From assembly GCA_020632195.1 (NCBI GenBank), contig JACKGA010000005.1, positions 1 to 45,433 of the forward strand: a stretch of DNA of 45,433 bases. The letters run 5' to 3'. Positions 36,567-45,433 of this stretch are shown here, in pieces. Source of the stretch: Candidatus Nomurabacteria bacterium. Lineage in GTDB: Bacteria > Patescibacteriota > Minisyncoccia > Phycocordibacterales > UBA1006. The stretch's first letter is position 1, and every line of letters starts with the position of its first letter. Under the pieces are notes generated by a model, which was not told where the DNA came from, ran no database searches, and worked only from the letters and a program-made list of their open reading frames with translations. Position numbers and translations under genes: made by a program.

Positions 36567-36643
36567 GGTGACTATCGTATAACGGTTTATTACTCCGGTT
36601 TGTGGTACCGGCAATTCGGGTTCGATTCCCGATAGTCACCCCA
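36567..36643 (+). tRNA. tRNA-His(GTG) with encoded G-1 and CCA; integration site
   Basis: G-GTGACTA...CCGGT-TTGTGGT-ACCGG...GGTTCGATTCC...TAGTCAC-C-CCA. Confidence 0.95.
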
Positions 36644-38242
36644 ATTGAGAATGAGTGAGGCGAAAGCCTCGCTTTTCTCTTTATTTCCAAGGGTTTTATC
36701 AAGTTCCAACCGATTATATTCAGCTTCTAGTTCTGGATAGGCTTTTTCTATTGGAACCAGCCAATCAACCTTATTTACCTTGAGTTCTTTGTCTTTGAGT
36801 GAAAAGTTCAAACCTAGTGCATTTACTATCTCTCTATTCTTCTTTATATCCTTCTTCATAAACTCTGCTCTGGCATAACACGCAAAGTGAAAGGTCTTTT
36901 CCGTGAGTTCCAACCATTTCTCGGCTCTGCTTTCAGTACTACGAAGTGATTCTTTGAGTTTCTCAATCTTTGACTTCAAACCATCTCGTTCTTTGATGTA
37001 GGTGTCGTCATCAATCAATTCTCGGTATCTCATCTTGGTAAGGTTATCTAACTCTTTTTGAGTTTGTACCAGTGCTTTATGTTGCTGGTCGTATATCTTG
37101 GTTCTATCTTGTATTTCTTGGTCATTCTGACGATTCAAGATTTCCAGTGCCCATTCTTTGAATTGTGGGATGATGGTATGTTTTTCAAGTTCTGCTTCGA
37201 TTTGACCTTCAAGCTTATCAAGCGTGATAGGTTTCTGCTTACACTTTGGTCCGTGTGGTTTCTTTCTCTTGGTACAGTTGTAGTAACAGTATGATTTTAG
37301 CTCACCAGTAGTTTTCACTATTTTATCTTTTTGAGTTCCCGTAATCATAGAACCACATTCACCACATTCGATAATGCCCGTGTATGCAAACTCTCGATTC
37401 TTTGAGCGTGGTTTTCCTTTACGTCCCAGAATCACTTGTACACGGTCAAACTCTTCAAGAGTAATCATTTGAGGGTGCTTGCCCGTATCATAAAGGTCGC
37501 CCGACCAGTAAAAGTATTTACCCGTATAAAAGATGTTTGAAAACATTCGATAAATACCACCCAATGAAAGAGGTACACCACCACTTCGTTTTTTCTTGGG
37601 TGTTCTGAATCCCCATTCATTGTTTGCTATTTCAAGTATTTGCCGTGGGGTGTAGTTACCCGTGAGCATCATATCCCACATTTTTCGGACCATATCAAAA
37701 CGGTCTGGGTCTTTTACAATGATTTGTTCTAGTTTGTCATTGAGGTATCCCAAAGGAGCACCAGAAGGCATCCAGCCCTTTTGTGCTTTACTTTTGGTTC
37801 CTCGCATACTGTTTTTACGTAAATCAATGATGAATTGATTTGCCACTCCCGTTTCAATGTTGAACAGAAGTACGTTGTCATCGGGAAGGTATTCTCGGTC
37901 TATGGTTTGGATAGATTGCAAAACTCCTCGCTGGAGCATCCACCCGAGCTTCCCAGAATCAACGGGGTTACGAGTGAGACGATTGATTTGCCAGCACAAG
38001 ATACCATTTGCTTCGCCATCTTCGATGCGTTGTAGCATACTGGAAAATATTGGACGATAGTCTGGTTTCTTCGCTGATTTTGATTCGGTGAATACCTCTT
38101 TGATATTCAACCCAAGACGATTTGCAAGTTCTTTGAGACGGTCAATCTGGTCATCAATAGATTGAACTTGTCGGTCCTCGCTCTCGGACGATTTCCGAGC
38201 ATAGAGAAAGTACGTCTTATTCTTTTGTTCTTGTGTAATCAT
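36590..38242 (-). CDS. Large serine recombinase (integrase)
   Basis: YARKSSE catalytic motif, RLTRN, recombinase domain, Zn ribbon CGECG...C...C, coiled coil; 550 aa from ATG 38242. Confidence 0.93.
   Translation of the reverse strand: MITQEQKNKTYFLYARKSSESEDRQVQSIDDQIDRLKELANRLGLNIKEVFTESKSAKKPDYRPIFSSMLQRIEDGEANGILCWQINRLTRNPVDSGKLGWMLQRGVLQSIQTIDREYLPDDNVLLFNIETGVANQFIIDLRKNSMRGTKSKAQKGWMPSGAPLGYLNDKLEQIIVKDPDRFDMVRKMWDMMLTGNYTPRQILEIANNEWGFRTPKKKRSGGVPLSLGGIYRMFSNIFYTGKYFYWSGDLYDTGKHPQMITLEEFDRVQVILGRKGKPRSKNREFAYTGIIECGECGSMITGTQKDKIVKTTGELKSYCYYNCTKRKKPHGPKCKQKPITLDKLEGQIEAELEKHTIIPQFKEWALEILNRQNDQEIQDRTKIYDQQHKALVQTQKELDNLTKMRYRELIDDDTYIKERDGLKSKIEKLKESLRSTESRAEKWLELTEKTFHFACYARAEFMKKDIKKNREIVNALGLNFSLKDKELKVNKVDWLVPIEKAYPELEAEYNRLELDKTLGNKEKSEAFASLILNWGDYRESNPNCRYHKPE
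36653..36682 (+). terminator. tRNA-His terminator encoded within the recombinase CDS (antisense)
   Basis: GAGTGAGGC-GAAA-GCCTCGCTT then a T-rich tail. Confidence 0.7.
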
Positions 38243-38383
38243 ATATATAAAAACCCGAAAGGGATGTTCTGGTTCACCCAACTACTCACGAACTTGCATT
38301 CAGAAATAGATGGCAAAACACCCCTCTCGGGTTCCATTTCAGCATACAAGTATATTTATCTGGTAATTGGGTGAACATAGTCA

Positions 38384-38992
38384 TTATAACAAAATATCGT
38401 TCTCAAGACGACGCATCATTTCGTAGTTACTGTTTTGCATTGCGTATAGCTTCAAAAGCTTCTTATACTTTTTTGTCGGTTTTCCATTGTAGTATCGGAC
38501 CGTGATTTCATTCTCCAGCTCCTCAATACGCTCGCTCAAATCAAGTACATTGAATACTGGGAAGTAGCTGTTTCTTCGATTCTGGTTACGTGATTTATAG
38601 GTCAATTCATAACAGTGCCGACACGCAAAGTAATCACCTCCTTTGTATAGGGTGCCAACACGATTGCCACAGTACACGCCATTTTTGTACCAAGGGCATA
38701 TGAACCAGTAACGTTTGCCACCAAAGTTGCACGGTGTGGTTGTGAGGGGAATCTTGTATTCAAAGTCTTTCTTTTCTTCACTCCAGTTATCGGTTTGTGT
38801 ATAGGTTATTTTGAGATACCTATCATCCTCATCGGTTACCGATACTGATATGCTTACCGAGTTTTTTGACTCTCCCCACATACCACTTCGAGTCCACGTA
38901 ATCGTGCCAGAACGCCACCCGCAAAAGTAATCGTGCTTATTGAGAAAAGCAATTGATATGCTCTTTAGGTTGTCTGCTTCTTGCTTGCTCAT
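38384..38992 (-). CDS. Uncharacterised Zn-finger protein
   Basis: TPCNFGGKRYWFICP...C...LY...FACRHCYELTY; 4-nt overlap with the primase stop. Confidence 0.8.
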   Translation of the reverse strand: MSKQEADNLKSISIAFLNKHDYFCGWRSGTITWTRSGMWGESKNSVSISVSVTDEDDRYLKITYTQTDNWSEEKKDFEYKIPLTTTPCNFGGKRYWFICPWYKNGVYCGNRVGTLYKGGDYFACRHCYELTYKSRNQNRRNSYFPVFNVLDLSERIEELENEITVRYYNGKPTKKYKKLLKLYAMQNSNYEMMRRLENDILL

Positions 38993-41169
38993 ACGCTGTT
39001 TTTGCCGAAATCATTAGACTTCTCGGACATTTTTTCTCCACCATTTTCAACCATATTTTCTACCTCACCCTCATTTTCACTATTCTTTTTTCGGTATTCA
39101 GCTGGGAAAATAAGGCGTTTACGCTTGTCGTAGTTACTACTTTCTTGAACAATCAATCCAGCAGTTTCAAGCATTGGAAGTATTTGTTGTCGTAGTTGAT
39201 GGCTATCAAGCATTCGGTTGTATACCTCATAATGTTTTTGTAAAAGTTCTTGTCGAGCAATGCCGAAATACGCTCTAGAAGCCCCAGATTTGCCCGCACG
39301 GGCTTGTTTCTCTTGCCATAGGGGAACAATAACCTTTTTGTATAAACCATAGATATATGGCGGTAAGTTATACTCTTGGCTTTGTGAAATACGGTCCCAC
39401 AAAGCAATCGCATTTTGAATATCTTCTTCATTTGCAGTAATGCTTGAACCTTCTCGCTTTCGCCACCAGAGATTCAACAATGCAAAGGATTTTATAATTG
39501 AGAGTAGTCGTTTTATATCTCGCTGGTGCCGTGGCTGGACCTTTTTTGAGCCAGTATCACCCAAGAAATACCCCAAGATACTTTCTTCATTTTCAATTTT
39601 TATCTCCTCGATTTTTTCTTGCTTGATGGCTTGAATACGAAGCTTCAAAGACATTCGGTCGGGGTTACTTTCAAGCCACTTGGTATATCCATCATTATCA
39701 ACTTCTTTTTGGACTGTGTTTGAAATACCAGCACGGATTTTGTCTTGATTGATTTCTGGTGAAAGAAGAATGAACCGTGTCATCTCTTGTTCATCCATTC
39801 GCAACCCAGCTGAACAAAACACAACCGATGGATACCCAATCAGTGCAACTGTTTTTGTTCTATTTCCACCTTTACTTCCTTTATCAGTAATCTTGGATAG
39901 TGTTATTTTGTCATCGTGTGAGAGAAATGAACGTAACTCTTCAAGAAGTCCCGTGTGAGGCATATCAGTAAATATCAGAATCTTGCGAGAAAAGTCGATG
40001 ATGATTTGATTGTTTTCTTTGTCGTATTTTCCTTGTTCGTGAAAGAAAGCGGTCCGAGAACATCGACCAAGCTTGATGACATCAGTGTTCGGAAAGAGTT
40101 TTGCCACCTCAAGAGCAATATAGCTTTTACCCGTTGAAGAAGGGCTGTTGAAGGAGAGGTTGAATTGAGCGTTTTCTGTATATGCAGAAAGAAGACACAA
40201 GAACGTTACGATTTTGTTTTCTCGGTCCTTCTTGATAGTAAGGTCAAGTACGCTTGCAAGGTCATCGGGTGAAAAAGGTTGAAATTGAGAACTATCAATT
40301 CGTTCTGGATAGCGTTCTGCGTACGTTGTAAGTAAGTCATCAATCTCAAAGCCAAGCTTGGTGAGATAATCAGTAATATCGCCACCATCACCAACTTCTT
40401 CGGGGAGAGTTACACGATACAGTGGGTCAATACGATTATCATCAAGTATTTTCAAAACCTTGTTGCTTCCGTTGCGACCAGCCTCATCATTGTCAAAACA
40501 TACAAAGACACGTCCAGCATTTTGTATATCGTTATCAACCCATTCTTCTTTGAACGTTCCCGCCCCGTGTGTTGAGGTGAGAGCAAAGTAGCCTTGCGTA
40601 ATCAAAGCAAGTGCATCCAGTTCGCCTTCGCACAGTATCAAGTCTTCGCCTTCTGGGGCATACATACCGTAAAGCTGTGACTGCTTACCAGATGGATACG
40701 TTATTTTGTCGTTCCCGTCTTGAGGGTCTTGGCGAAGTTTGAAAAAGTGGTATCCGTCTTCGTCCCATACGGGTATTGTGATGAAGTTTTTTCCATAAAA
40801 AGTCCCATATCCTAGTTTGTAGGCATTGATAATATCATCGTTGATACCTCGCTTGTTGAGGTAGGTTCGTATACGTTCGGGTAGTTGATTGTGGCATTTG
40901 TGTACCAGTTCGACACTGAATCGGCTATTTCTATAGCTCTTTTTCGGTGTATCACCAAAGTGTTTTTTGAGTGTTGCAAGGTTTCCTTGTGCGTCACATT
41001 TCTTGCAGTGATACTGGCTGGTTTCAGCACTAAAATACAAATGTGCTTCATTTGGACGACTGTCGCTGTCGCAGTCATTGAAGATGCACTTGGTAATCAG
41101 TTCACCGTTTGCTTCTTTGAACTCAACTCCTTTTTGAGTGAGGTAGTCTTTGATAGTTACTGTTTTCAT
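38989..41169 (-). CDS. DNA primase-helicase (Zn finger, TOPRIM, P-loop ATPase)
   Basis: C..C...HCKKC Zn domain, LCEGELDAL, CFDNDEAG, SPSSTGKS Walker A. Confidence 0.88.
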   Translation of the reverse strand: MKTVTIKDYLTQKGVEFKEANGELITKCIFNDCDSDSRPNEAHLYFSAETSQYHCKKCDAQGNLATLKKHFGDTPKKSYRNSRFSVELVHKCHNQLPERIRTYLNKRGINDDIINAYKLGYGTFYGKNFITIPVWDEDGYHFFKLRQDPQDGNDKITYPSGKQSQLYGMYAPEGEDLILCEGELDALALITQGYFALTSTHGAGTFKEEWVDNDIQNAGRVFVCFDNDEAGRNGSNKVLKILDDNRIDPLYRVTLPEEVGDGGDITDYLTKLGFEIDDLLTTYAERYPERIDSSQFQPFSPDDLASVLDLTIKKDRENKIVTFLCLLSAYTENAQFNLSFNSPSSTGKSYIALEVAKLFPNTDVIKLGRCSRTAFFHEQGKYDKENNQIIIDFSRKILIFTDMPHTGLLEELRSFLSHDDKITLSKITDKGSKGGNRTKTVALIGYPSVVFCSAGLRMDEQEMTRFILLSPEINQDKIRAGISNTVQKEVDNDGYTKWLESNPDRMSLKLRIQAIKQEKIEEIKIENEESILGYFLGDTGSKKVQPRHQRDIKRLLSIIKSFALLNLWWRKREGSSITANEEDIQNAIALWDRISQSQEYNLPPYIYGLYKKVIVPLWQEKQARAGKSGASRAYFGIARQELLQKHYEVYNRMLDSHQLRQQILPMLETAGLIVQESSNYDKRKRLIFPAEYRKKNSENEGEVENMVENGGEKMSEKSNDFGKNSV

Positions 41170-41184
41170 ATAGTGTAATCATAG

Positions 41185-41388
41185 TTAGCGTTGTAATAAA
41201 TGAGCCGTAGCTCGGCGGTATTCTTGAACACGTTCCATTTCTTCGTGTGTCATAGGCTTGTGAATGATTTTCATCAATGTCAAAAGCTTGATGCCTTGTT
41301 CGTAGGCATCTTCTTCTGAAATATCAGTTCCAAACTGGTCCAGATAGATAGCTTGAAACTTCTTGATGTCATCACTCGTCAAAACCAT
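41185..41388 (-). CDS. Small conserved protein of CPR integrative elements
   Basis: LTSDDIKKFQAIY..QFG.DISEEDAYEQGIKLLTLM. Confidence 0.75.
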   Translation of the reverse strand: MVLTSDDIKKFQAIYLDQFGTDISEEDAYEQGIKLLTLMKIIHKPMTHEEMERVQEYRRATAHLLQR

Positions 41389-41390
41389 AC

Positions 41391-41690
41391 TTACTTTGAA
41401 TGGAGCATATTCTTGAGTGCTTTGAGATGGTCAAAGTACGACCGAGCTTTGACTTCGAGACGGTTTGCAAAGTAATCGTCGGCGACAGATTCAATACCGT
41501 CTGCTTTTTCAAACACAAACAAACCCTTTTTTGAGTTTTGTTTATCAATGGTGATAAGGGAAAATCCCGCACATAGAAATGCGGTTGCCACCCCCATATC
41601 GTAGGTGGTAAAAGTTATTGAAGGGTCATCTACTGGTACATATTCGTACCCATCTTCGGACCCAAGGTGATTCAATGAGTTGTTTTTCAT
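41391..41690 (-). CDS. DUF5659-like small protein
   Basis: FTTYDMGVATAFLCAGF...FVF...SYFDHLKALKNML. Confidence 0.7.
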   Translation of the reverse strand: MKNNSLNHLGSEDGYEYVPVDDPSITFTTYDMGVATAFLCAGFSLITIDKQNSKKGLFVFEKADGIESVADDYFANRLEVKARSYFDHLKALKNMLHSK

Positions 41691-41804
41691 AGTAATCTTG
41701 TTAGTTATTTTTGTAATAGGTGGCTTTTCTGGAAAACAAAAAAGCACGCATCTAGCGTACTTTTGCGGGGTGTGAGCGAATGACGACTCACGTGACTCAC
41801 ATAT

Positions 41805-43850
41805 TTAGTAGTTTCTCTGTGCGGTCTTTTGTCCCCATTTTATGAGTTCACATTCAGTATTTACTACCTCTTGAACTCGTTTATTTACAGCACGAACAGC
41901 ATCTTTTACAGAACGTTTTTGAGCTTCTATTTCTTTTTTATTCAATGTATCTGATTTATTTCCAGCCATTGATTCGTAGATATTCTGCCAGTCAACGGCT
42001 TCACCTTTTGCTCTTGAAAATAAGACTCGGACAACATAGTGTTGATTTGTATAAGCTGGAAATTGAACTGTTTTATAATCACCAATTTTTAAAGTCTGCA
42101 CCTCGTCATCGTAGGAAATCTCAAAATCAGATAGTTTTACTGGTTCCGACTGTGTTATTTCTTGAGTACCAAATATATTCAAATCAACGGGAGATTCTTG
42201 GATATTGTTTTCAAACCTAACACTATGGGTGTGTTCGTGTCGTACTGACTCTTTGCTATCTTTGTCGAATCCCATATTTACTCTTATTTTTTCAGCAGTT
42301 TTCTTCATCTGCTCGTCATAGACGATATTCTGTTTCCTCAACAACTCTTTGAGTTTATTTGTTTCGTCTCCTACTACTTTCAAAAAATTGAAAATAGGGA
42401 CGGGTACTTTATGAATCTCTGATTCATTATCAAATAAATCTAGGTCTGCAATATCTTCTCTTATGTTTAGTAGAGATGGTCGAACAGAGTCTTCCCATAT
42501 AACATCTAGAAACTCCGTACTTGAGTATAGACCAGAAACAGTCTCAAAAACTGATTGGTAATACCCACTACTGGTAAGCTCCTCAAATCTGTTATCAGAT
42601 GCAAGAACTTTTTCAATTTTTCTCTTGAGTACTTTGAAGTAGTCATTTAGGTCATCGATACCAGATGAGACAAAAAACATACCACTTCCATAGTAGGTCC
42701 GAAGAATTGTCTCAAAATATGAATAAAGAACTTTCACAAAATAGATTTTTTCATTGAGTGAGAGATTTGATATATCGTATTTATTGAACTCACGTATAAG
42801 TTTTGCCTTATCTAGGAGAGCATCAACCTCTTCCTTGTTTTCTTGTTGGAGCCCCTCGATAATCGGATAGTTTTCTTTACCCGTTGAATCAATGATAGTT
42901 GTAACGCCAGCCTCCCATTCTTCTTTTGTGGGACCAAGAAAAGCTTTGTAGTTTTGAAAAACAACATTGTCATATTTCAAATAACTACTGTACAGCTCTT
43001 GTTGAGTAGATGCTTGATTTTCATCACCTTCGAAAGAGAGCGGATGGATAAACTTCTCAAGTATCTTTAGGAATACGCCTCTCTTCTCGTCTTCAACTGA
43101 ATTGGCATAGAAAGATAAAATATAAAAAACAGCACGCCATTTTGTATCTTGAATAAACATACTTTCTGGCACACCAATATCGTTGAACATATCAACAATT
43201 TTGGAAAGACTAAATCGTTCACCAATATCTCGAGCTACAAGCTCAAGAGCGTCTTTGCGTATCCTTCCGTTTCTTCCTTTGATGCGGTCGACAATACCAG
43301 AGATAAGGGTTCCGTTGCATTTGAACTCAATGATTCGGTTTCCTACTTGTCGATGGGTTTGATTTTCAATATCGTTCCAGTCGTACTCAACAACACCTAA
43401 ATTGATAAGGAGTTGAACAATATCGTCATCTTTCTCATAAGTAGATGAGCCGTAAATACTGCCAGCTTTCATACTGCTTACTTCGCCAAGCATCTTCAAT
43501 GCTCTTTCAGTGAGTTCCCGATTCTCTAAAAGGTCGTCAATGCTTTGAATATGTCGATATAGGTTGCTTCTGACTTTTCGCTCTTCGTTCTTTATCTCTG
43601 TGTACTTTTCACCTTTCTCTATGAAAAACCTTCTTTTTTCTTCGGAGTCTTGTTTGAGGTTCTTGATATAACCATCTTCTTCTAGTTTCTTTAGGATATT
43701 TTTTTGTTCACCCGCACTCAAGATGGTCCATTCTTCGTTGTCGGGGTGAGTGACAGTGTATGTATAATACATAACTTCACCAGATGGGTTCGTAAAGAAC
43801 AGCTCATCTATTCTTTTTATTACATAATCGAGTTTTTCTTGTGCTTCCAT
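41805..43850 (-). CDS. Large hypothetical protein with C-terminal winged HTH
   Basis: 681 aa; central TKWR...ILEKFIHP helical module, C-terminal OmpR-like wHTH pattern. Confidence 0.7.
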   Translation of the reverse strand: MEAQEKLDYVIKRIDELFFTNPSGEVMYYTYTVTHPDNEEWTILSAGEQKNILKKLEEDGYIKNLKQDSEEKRRFFIEKGEKYTEIKNEERKVRSNLYRHIQSIDDLLENRELTERALKMLGEVSSMKAGSIYGSSTYEKDDDIVQLLINLGVVEYDWNDIENQTHRQVGNRIIEFKCNGTLISGIVDRIKGRNGRIRKDALELVARDIGERFSLSKIVDMFNDIGVPESMFIQDTKWRAVFYILSFYANSVEDEKRGVFLKILEKFIHPLSFEGDENQASTQQELYSSYLKYDNVVFQNYKAFLGPTKEEWEAGVTTIIDSTGKENYPIIEGLQQENKEEVDALLDKAKLIREFNKYDISNLSLNEKIYFVKVLYSYFETILRTYYGSGMFFVSSGIDDLNDYFKVLKRKIEKVLASDNRFEELTSSGYYQSVFETVSGLYSSTEFLDVIWEDSVRPSLLNIREDIADLDLFDNESEIHKVPVPIFNFLKVVGDETNKLKELLRKQNIVYDEQMKKTAEKIRVNMGFDKDSKESVRHEHTHSVRFENNIQESPVDLNIFGTQEITQSEPVKLSDFEISYDDEVQTLKIGDYKTVQFPAYTNQHYVVRVLFSRAKGEAVDWQNIYESMAGNKSDTLNKKEIEAQKRSVKDAVRAVNKRVQEVVNTECELIKWGQKTAQRNY

Positions 43851-43966
43851 AGAGTAATTGTTGTGTAATCGTAATCTTGTTTATCAAGAGGATATTTTGC
43901 AAACAACCTTTTGATGATGTATAGTAATGGTATCAAATGTTAGGTTATAAATCAACGTTATTTTTT

Positions 43967-44173
43967 ATGCAAAATCAAGAAAACACCGAGCAAAACAAGG
44001 GGAATATAGAGCTTCTGACCTTACAAGAAGCGTGCGATATGCTCAAGGTCCACCCGAATACATTACGCCAATGGGATAAGAATGGAACGCTCCCAGCAAT
44101 TCGTATTGGGACCAAGCGAATTCGCCGATACAAAAAGCAAGACATTATCAACTTCCTAGAAAGCAATTCGTAG
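43967..44173 (+). CDS. Excisionase-like HTH (MerR/HTH_17)
   Basis: LLTLQEACDMLKVHPNTLRQWDKNGTLPAIRIG...RRY. Confidence 0.9.
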   Translation: MQNQENTEQNKGNIELLTLQEACDMLKVHPNTLRQWDKNGTLPAIRIGTKRIRRYKKQDIINFLESNS

Positions 44174-44205
44174 GAATCCTCAACACTAACTAGATTACAA
44201 TTACT

Positions 44206-45433
44206 ATGAGCAACGAACAAAAAGCACAAAAAACAATCATCGAGCTACTTCCAAAAGTGGTTCAGGAAGGTCGGCGTGAAGCAGACCGTATTTTAGAAGG
44301 ACTCGCAAACAACTCACGGGTAACCTTGCAAACAAATGAACTGGTAATACCTAGTAAAGATTCAAACTACCAAGACCTCTTTACTCAATTCGAAAACGAA
44401 CGGGTGCACAATGCACGTGATGCAAAAATCAATGATGGTTCGTGGAGGAATCGTCTGGTCTATGGAGACAATCTGTTGACTATGCAGGCACTGCTCGCTG
44501 GTGACCCAGAATCAGGACTGCCGAGTATGCGAGGGAAAATTGACCTCATATATATCGACCCTCCATTTGATAGTAAGGCTGATTATCGTACCAAGGTGGA
44601 ATTGCCAGGGGTGAATGTAGAGAGTAAACCGACCGTTATCGAACAATTTGCCTATGCTGATACCTGGTCCACCACACTCGGTGGCGAGGAGGTCAAAGGA
44701 ACCTTGGCGTATCTGCGGTATATGTATCCACGATTGGTATTGATGCGAGAATTGCTATCAGAACAAGGAAGTATCTATGTGCATATTGATTGGCACGTAG
44801 GGCATTATATGAAGATTTTGCTTGATGATGTGTTTGGGAAAGATGGCTTCATCAATGAAATTGTTTGGCACTACGAAAAATGGTCAGCACGAAGTAGCTC
44901 CTTACAAAAGAATCACGACGTTTTGTTTTTATACTCAAGAAATAAAGATAAAAAGGTGTTCAACGAACAAAAAATAGTAACTAAAAACCTCAAGGAAAAA
45001 TATGAAAAAGGTTATCTCATTGGCGGAGGTTATGGCTCAAACGGTTTAGTTGTTTACAACAAAGAGTTGCCGAAGGTAAAAGAGATGATTGCTTCTGGGA
45101 AATACCAAGTTGTTTATTCTGAAATGGAAGGAAAGCCGATGAGTGATGTTTGGAAAATACCTTTTATAAACCCAGTAGCAAAAGAAAGGGTGAATTATGG
45201 TACGCAAAAACCAGAATCACTTATCGAGAGAGTAATAAAGATTTCTTCCAATGAAGATTCAATTGTTGCCGATTTTTTCACTGGCTCTGGAACCACTGCA
45301 TCGGTGGCTGAAAAACTTGGTCGTAAATGGATTGTATCTGATATTGGAAAACCAGCCTGTATGGTGACTCGCAAGCGTATGGTGGATAATGATGCCAAGC
45401 CTTTCTTGTACCATTCTATTGGTGATTATCAAA
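44206..45433 (+). CDS. Adenine DNA methyltransferase, type III Mod-like (beta class), truncated by the window end
   Basis: Open frame translated by hand: [11 protein letters not shown] (motif IV), [14 protein letters not shown] (motif I); absent from the ORF track because it has no stop. Confidence 0.92.
   Translation, partial: MSNEQKAQKTIIELLPKVVQEGRREADRILEGLANNSRVTLQTNELVIPSKDSNYQDLFTQFENERVHNARDAKINDGSWRNRLVYGDNLLTMQALLAGDPESGLPSMRGKIDLIYIDPPFDSKADYRTKVELPGVNVESKPTVIEQFAYADTWSTTLGGEEVKGTLAYLRYMYPRLVLMRELLSEQGSIYVHIDWHVGHYMKILLDDVFGKDGFINEIVWHYEKWSARSSSLQKNHDVLFLYSRNKDKKVFNEQKIVTKNLKEKYEKGYLIGGGYGSNGLVVYNKELPKVKEMIASGKYQVVYSEMEGKPMSDVWKIPFINPVAKERVNYGTQKPESLIERVIKISSNEDSIVADFFTGSGTTASVAEKLGRKWIVSDIGKPACMVTRKRMVDNDAKPFLYHSIGDYQ

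Larger units (their letters stand above)
36590..45433. mobile_element. Integrative satellite/PICI-like element at tRNA-His (right end outside the window)
   Basis: Serine recombinase abutting the tRNA, primase-helicase, excisionase-like HTH, RM cargo; no capsid or conjugation genes in view. Confidence 0.8.

Noticed and set aside
391-45398. Numerous 60-160 aa ORFs overlapping confident genes (for example 422-877, 9714-10112, 19336-19815, 22469-22927, 26008-26604, 33616-33993, 45195-45398)
   Set aside because: Antisense or off-frame shadows of real genes or repeats, with no domain motifs.
1-45433. CRISPR array, retron or diversity-generating retroelement
   Set aside because: No regularly spaced repeats, no cas gene and no reverse transcriptase. 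The 24-nt repeat at 30 kb is exact and lacks adenine-specific variation.

Overview
Bacterial chromosomal window, genetic code 11. The gene set and ORFan families point to Patescibacteria/CPR, probably Parcubacteria (inference, no search run). The core backbone is dedA, rpsT, ruvA, a Cys-free dksA/traR, a NYN nuclease, a TrmB regulator, pnp, a Xer-type recombinase, ruvX, pilM, a RluA synthase, rplS and four tRNAs (Arg-TCT, Val-TAC, Leu-GAG, His-GTG). Three accessory regions interrupt it. (1) A ~9.3 kb island without an integrase (about 8.1-17.4 kb). It opens with a strong sigma70 promoter and a ~730-nt non-coding stretch containing at least a dozen helices closed by a perfect 12-bp end-to-end stem. 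This is a candidate large ornate ncRNA and the top lead. It has a 16-bp long-range inverted repeat and a 25-bp hairpin that buries the start codon of a small basic peptide. Downstream come a RavA-like AAA+ ATPase and a ViaA-like VWA protein, each behind a structured leader, a Bacteroidota-type ECF sigma factor, and three secreted ORFans. (2) A decayed element at tRNA-Val, seen as a probable serine recombinase C-terminal remnant. (3) An apparently intact satellite-like element at tRNA-His that runs off the window end. Its large serine recombinase reads 54 nt into the tRNA antisense strand, and it also carries a primase-helicase, a Zn-finger protein, an excisionase-like HTH and a type III-like DNA methyltransferase. 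No CRISPR array, reverse transcriptase or rRNA was seen. All folds were paired by eye and all family calls are from motif recall, not computation.
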